This document shows positions 59,500-64,000 of a stretch of DNA of 64,000 bases, piece by piece. Position 1 is the first letter of the stretch; the number at the start of each line of letters is the position of its first letter. Below the pieces are notes generated by a model. That model was not told where the DNA came from, ran no database searches, and saw only the letters and a program-made list of their open reading frames with translations. Origin of the DNA: Candidatus Latescibacterota bacterium (GTDB taxonomy: Bacteria; Latescibacterota; UBA2968; UBA8231); the NCBI GenBank assembly GCA_965223905.1, contig CBDCXV010000002.1, forward strand, positions 256,001 to 320,000. The letters run 5' to 3'. A program made the position numbers and the translations under genes.

Positions 59500-60928
59500 A
59501 TGAGTGGAATCAGTGAAGGCGGGACATCTCCGGACGAACTGGCGGCAGCCGTTGGCCAGTGGTTCCGCGACACCACCGGAGAGGCCGGCGCCGGGATCGT
59601 GGCGGCGGTGTCGGGGGGGCTTGACTCCATGGTGCTTCTCGACCTCCTCGCCCGCGACCCGCAGCTTTGCCCGCGACTGCACGTCGCGCATTTCGACCAC
59701 CAGCTGCGGCCCGAGTCAGGGGCCGACGCTGTTTTCGTCGCGGAGGAGGGGGCCCGGCGCCAGCTGCCTGTGATCACGGAAGCGGGGGACGTGAGAAGGC
59801 GCGCCGCAGATGCGCGGATCTCCTTCGAAATGGCTGCACGGGAGCTACGCTTCGAGTTTCTGCACCGCGTCATGACGGAGGCGGGGTGTGAGTTTATCGC
59901 CCTGGGACACCACGCGGACGACCAGGCCGAAACCGTTATCATGCGTCTGCTGCGCGGCAGCGCTTCGGGTCTGGGCGGTATGGCGCCGGTTCGCGGCAAG
60001 CGCTATCTGCGACCATTGCTGGCCTACACCCGCGACACCCTCGCCGAGTACGCCGCGCACCGGGAAGTCGCCTACTGCGACGACGCCAGCAACCGCGACC
60101 CGAAGTTTCTGCGCAACAGGGTGCGCAGCGAGCTGCTTCCGCGGCTGCGCTCGTTCAACCCGCAAATCGTCCGTACCCTCACGCGTTCGTCGGAACTCCT
60201 TCGCGACGAGGACGACTGGCTGGCCGGGGAGGCTTCAGCCGCGGCCGCGGCGGCTGTCACCCGCGCCGACTCCACCCGAATCGTCCTTGCTGCCCCCACC
60301 CTCGCCAACTATCATATAGCTATACAGCGCAGGGTGTTACGGCATTCGTTGCGTGCGGTTTCGCCACCTCGCGCCGAGGCCGGTCGCGCGGTGATCGACA
60401 CCCTCGTCGATCTGGCGCAGGGGCCGGTCGCGGGAATCGTCGATCTCGGTTCGGGGATGCGGGCACAGCGCCGCGGCGACAGCCTGGTGCTGAGCGCGGG
60501 AGCGGCGGCTCCCGTGGACCGGTCGTTCGAGGCTCCCGCAGCCGTATTCCTTCCCGAGCGCTCGCTCGAGTTCCACTCGCGCTTCCTTCCGGGCAGATCA
60601 TTCGCGGACCTGGCGCCGCGACTGGGATCCTGGGAAGCGGTTTTCGACGCCGACTCGCTGGGGCCCGAGCCGTTGCGCCTGCGCGGAATGGAGGAGGGAG
60701 ACAGGATGCAGCCGTTCGGACTCGAGGGACGCCACAAGAAGGTCAGCGACCTCCTGGCAGAGGCTGGCTACCCCCGCCTGCTGCGCGATGAACCGCTGCT
60801 GCTGACCCGTGGCTGCGAGATCCTATGGGTCGCCGGCTTGCGTACCGGTCACGGCCATCGCGTCACCTCGGCGACCAGGCATATCCTGCACTGCGAGTTC
60901 AAGCCCCCCGACACAGCGAGCCAGCGAA

Positions 60929-60936
<8 letters not shown>
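59500..60936 (+). CDS. tilS: tRNA(Ile)-lysidine synthetase
   Basis: AVSGGLDSM, HFDHQLR, ARELR, GHHADDQAET, RPLL, DASN...RNRVR. Confidence 0.95.
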
Positions 60937-62955
<2,019 letters not shown>

Positions 62956-62959
<4 letters not shown>

Positions 62960-63843
62960 TCTGGAGTTTGCGGGGCGAGAACCGCAGTGTCGATTTCCGC
63001 TCCCGCGTCCGGATCATGGGCATCCTCAACGTCACCCCCGATTCATTCTACGACGGCGGACGCTACGACGAGGTCGGGCGCGCTGTGGACCGGGCGTTGC
63101 AACTGGAAGCGGAAGGGGCCGACATCATCGATGTCGGCGGCGAGTCCTCGCGTCCACCGATGTACGGAGCCGCCGCGGCCGTGAGCGCCGCCGCGGAGTG
63201 CCGCCGGGTGGTTCCTGTAATCGAGGGAATCCGGACGCGGTCCCAAGTTCCCATTTCGGTCGACACGACCAAGGCCGAGGTGGCCCGCGAGGCGCTTTCC
63301 TCGGGCGCCGACATAATCAACGATATCAGCGCCCTCGGTGACCCGGAAATGGCCCCCGTCGCCGCCGAAGCCGCAGCGCCGATGATTCTGATGCACCGCC
63401 GCGGCACTCCGGCGACCATGCAGCTCGACACCCGCTACGACGACCTGCTGGGTGAAATCGCCGGCTTCCTCGGCTCTCGAATGGACGCGGCCACCGCTGC
63501 CGGCGTAGACCGCCGGCATCTGGCGGTCGACCCCGGTCTGGGGTTCGGCAAATCGATCGGCGGCAATCTGACCCTGATCGCCGAGCTGCCCCGCTTCCGC
63601 AGCTTCGGCTGTCCCATCGTCGTCGGCCCCTCCCGCAAGTCCTTCCTGTGGAAGCCACTCGGGCTCTCGGCCGGGGACTGCCTAGAACCGAGCCTGGCGG
63701 CCGCGGCCCTGGCCGTTGCCCGCGGCGCAAACGCGGTGCGGGTCCACGACGTCGCCCCGTCTTTCAGGGCCGTGCGCACCGCCGAGGCGGTCGAGCATGC
63801 CTCTCGACCGGGGGCGCCGCCCCCGGAGTCCGGAGCGGAATAG
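62956..63843 (+). CDS. folP: Dihydropteroate synthase
   Basis: MGILNVTPDSFYDGG, DVGGESSRP, SVDT, DPGLGFGK, SRKSF, RVHDV; ATGA overlap with ftsH. Confidence 0.95.
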
Positions 63844-64000
63844 TGGTAGCTGACGAACTCATCCTCTTCAGGCTGTTCGGGTTCCTGCCGGTATCGGTGT
63901 TCTCCATCGTCGACATCGCCATCGTGGCCTTCATCTTCTACCGGCTGCTGAACCTGATCCGCGGCACGCCTGCGGCGCAGATGCTGGTCGGGCTGTTCCT
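63843..64000 (+). CDS. cdaA: Diadenylate cyclase CdaA/DacA, N-terminal part (runs off window)
   Basis: GTG start overlapping the folP stop; IVDIAIVAFIFYRLLNLIRGTPAAQMLVGL matches the CdaA N-terminal TM motif; conserved ftsH-folP-cdaA gene order. Confidence 0.8.
   Translation, partial: MVADELILFRLFGFLPVSVFSIVDIAIVAFIFYRLLNLIRGTPAAQMLVGLF

Overview
High-GC bacterial DNA from a diderm, probably of the FCB-related Latescibacterota/Poribacteria/Gemmatimonadota type. That assignment is an inference from gene content: DUF6785-like transporter, CRTAC1/ASPIC proteins, PorV-like and FlgD-Ig proteins, and a giant FN3 lipoprotein. The window has two parts. (1) About 1-44.4 kb is an accessory region that looks lower in GC. 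It holds sugar-acid/carbohydrate genes, many pseudogenes and IS remnants, and an intact ISL3 that splits an NAD-dependent epimerase gene. It also holds a ~27-kb co-directional minus-strand envelope cluster (41394->14358), the best candidate here for an undescribed system. The cluster encodes a discoidin/FlgD-Ig protein, a PorV-like barrel, three paralogous ~100-kDa putative outer-membrane barrels with Asp-rich inserts, a 1079-aa TPR protein, ExbB, two ExbD, a non-catalytic FGE-fold lipoprotein, a TonB-like His-anchored DUF4159 protein, a lipoprotein, a CBM9-like protein and TPR/FG-GAP-ASPIC proteins. It may be a proton-motor-driven outer-membrane import or export machine. (2) About 44.8-64 kb is core genome: purD, era (apparent CTG start), a PorV-like gene, glycerate kinase, lexA with a GAAC-N4-GTTC box in its promoter, a 26-domain FN3 lipoprotein built from near-identical DNA repeats with a frameshift at a G6 run, and tilS-ftsH-folP-cdaA. 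No rRNA, tRNA or CRISPR array was recognised. Family names come from motif recognition, not database searches.
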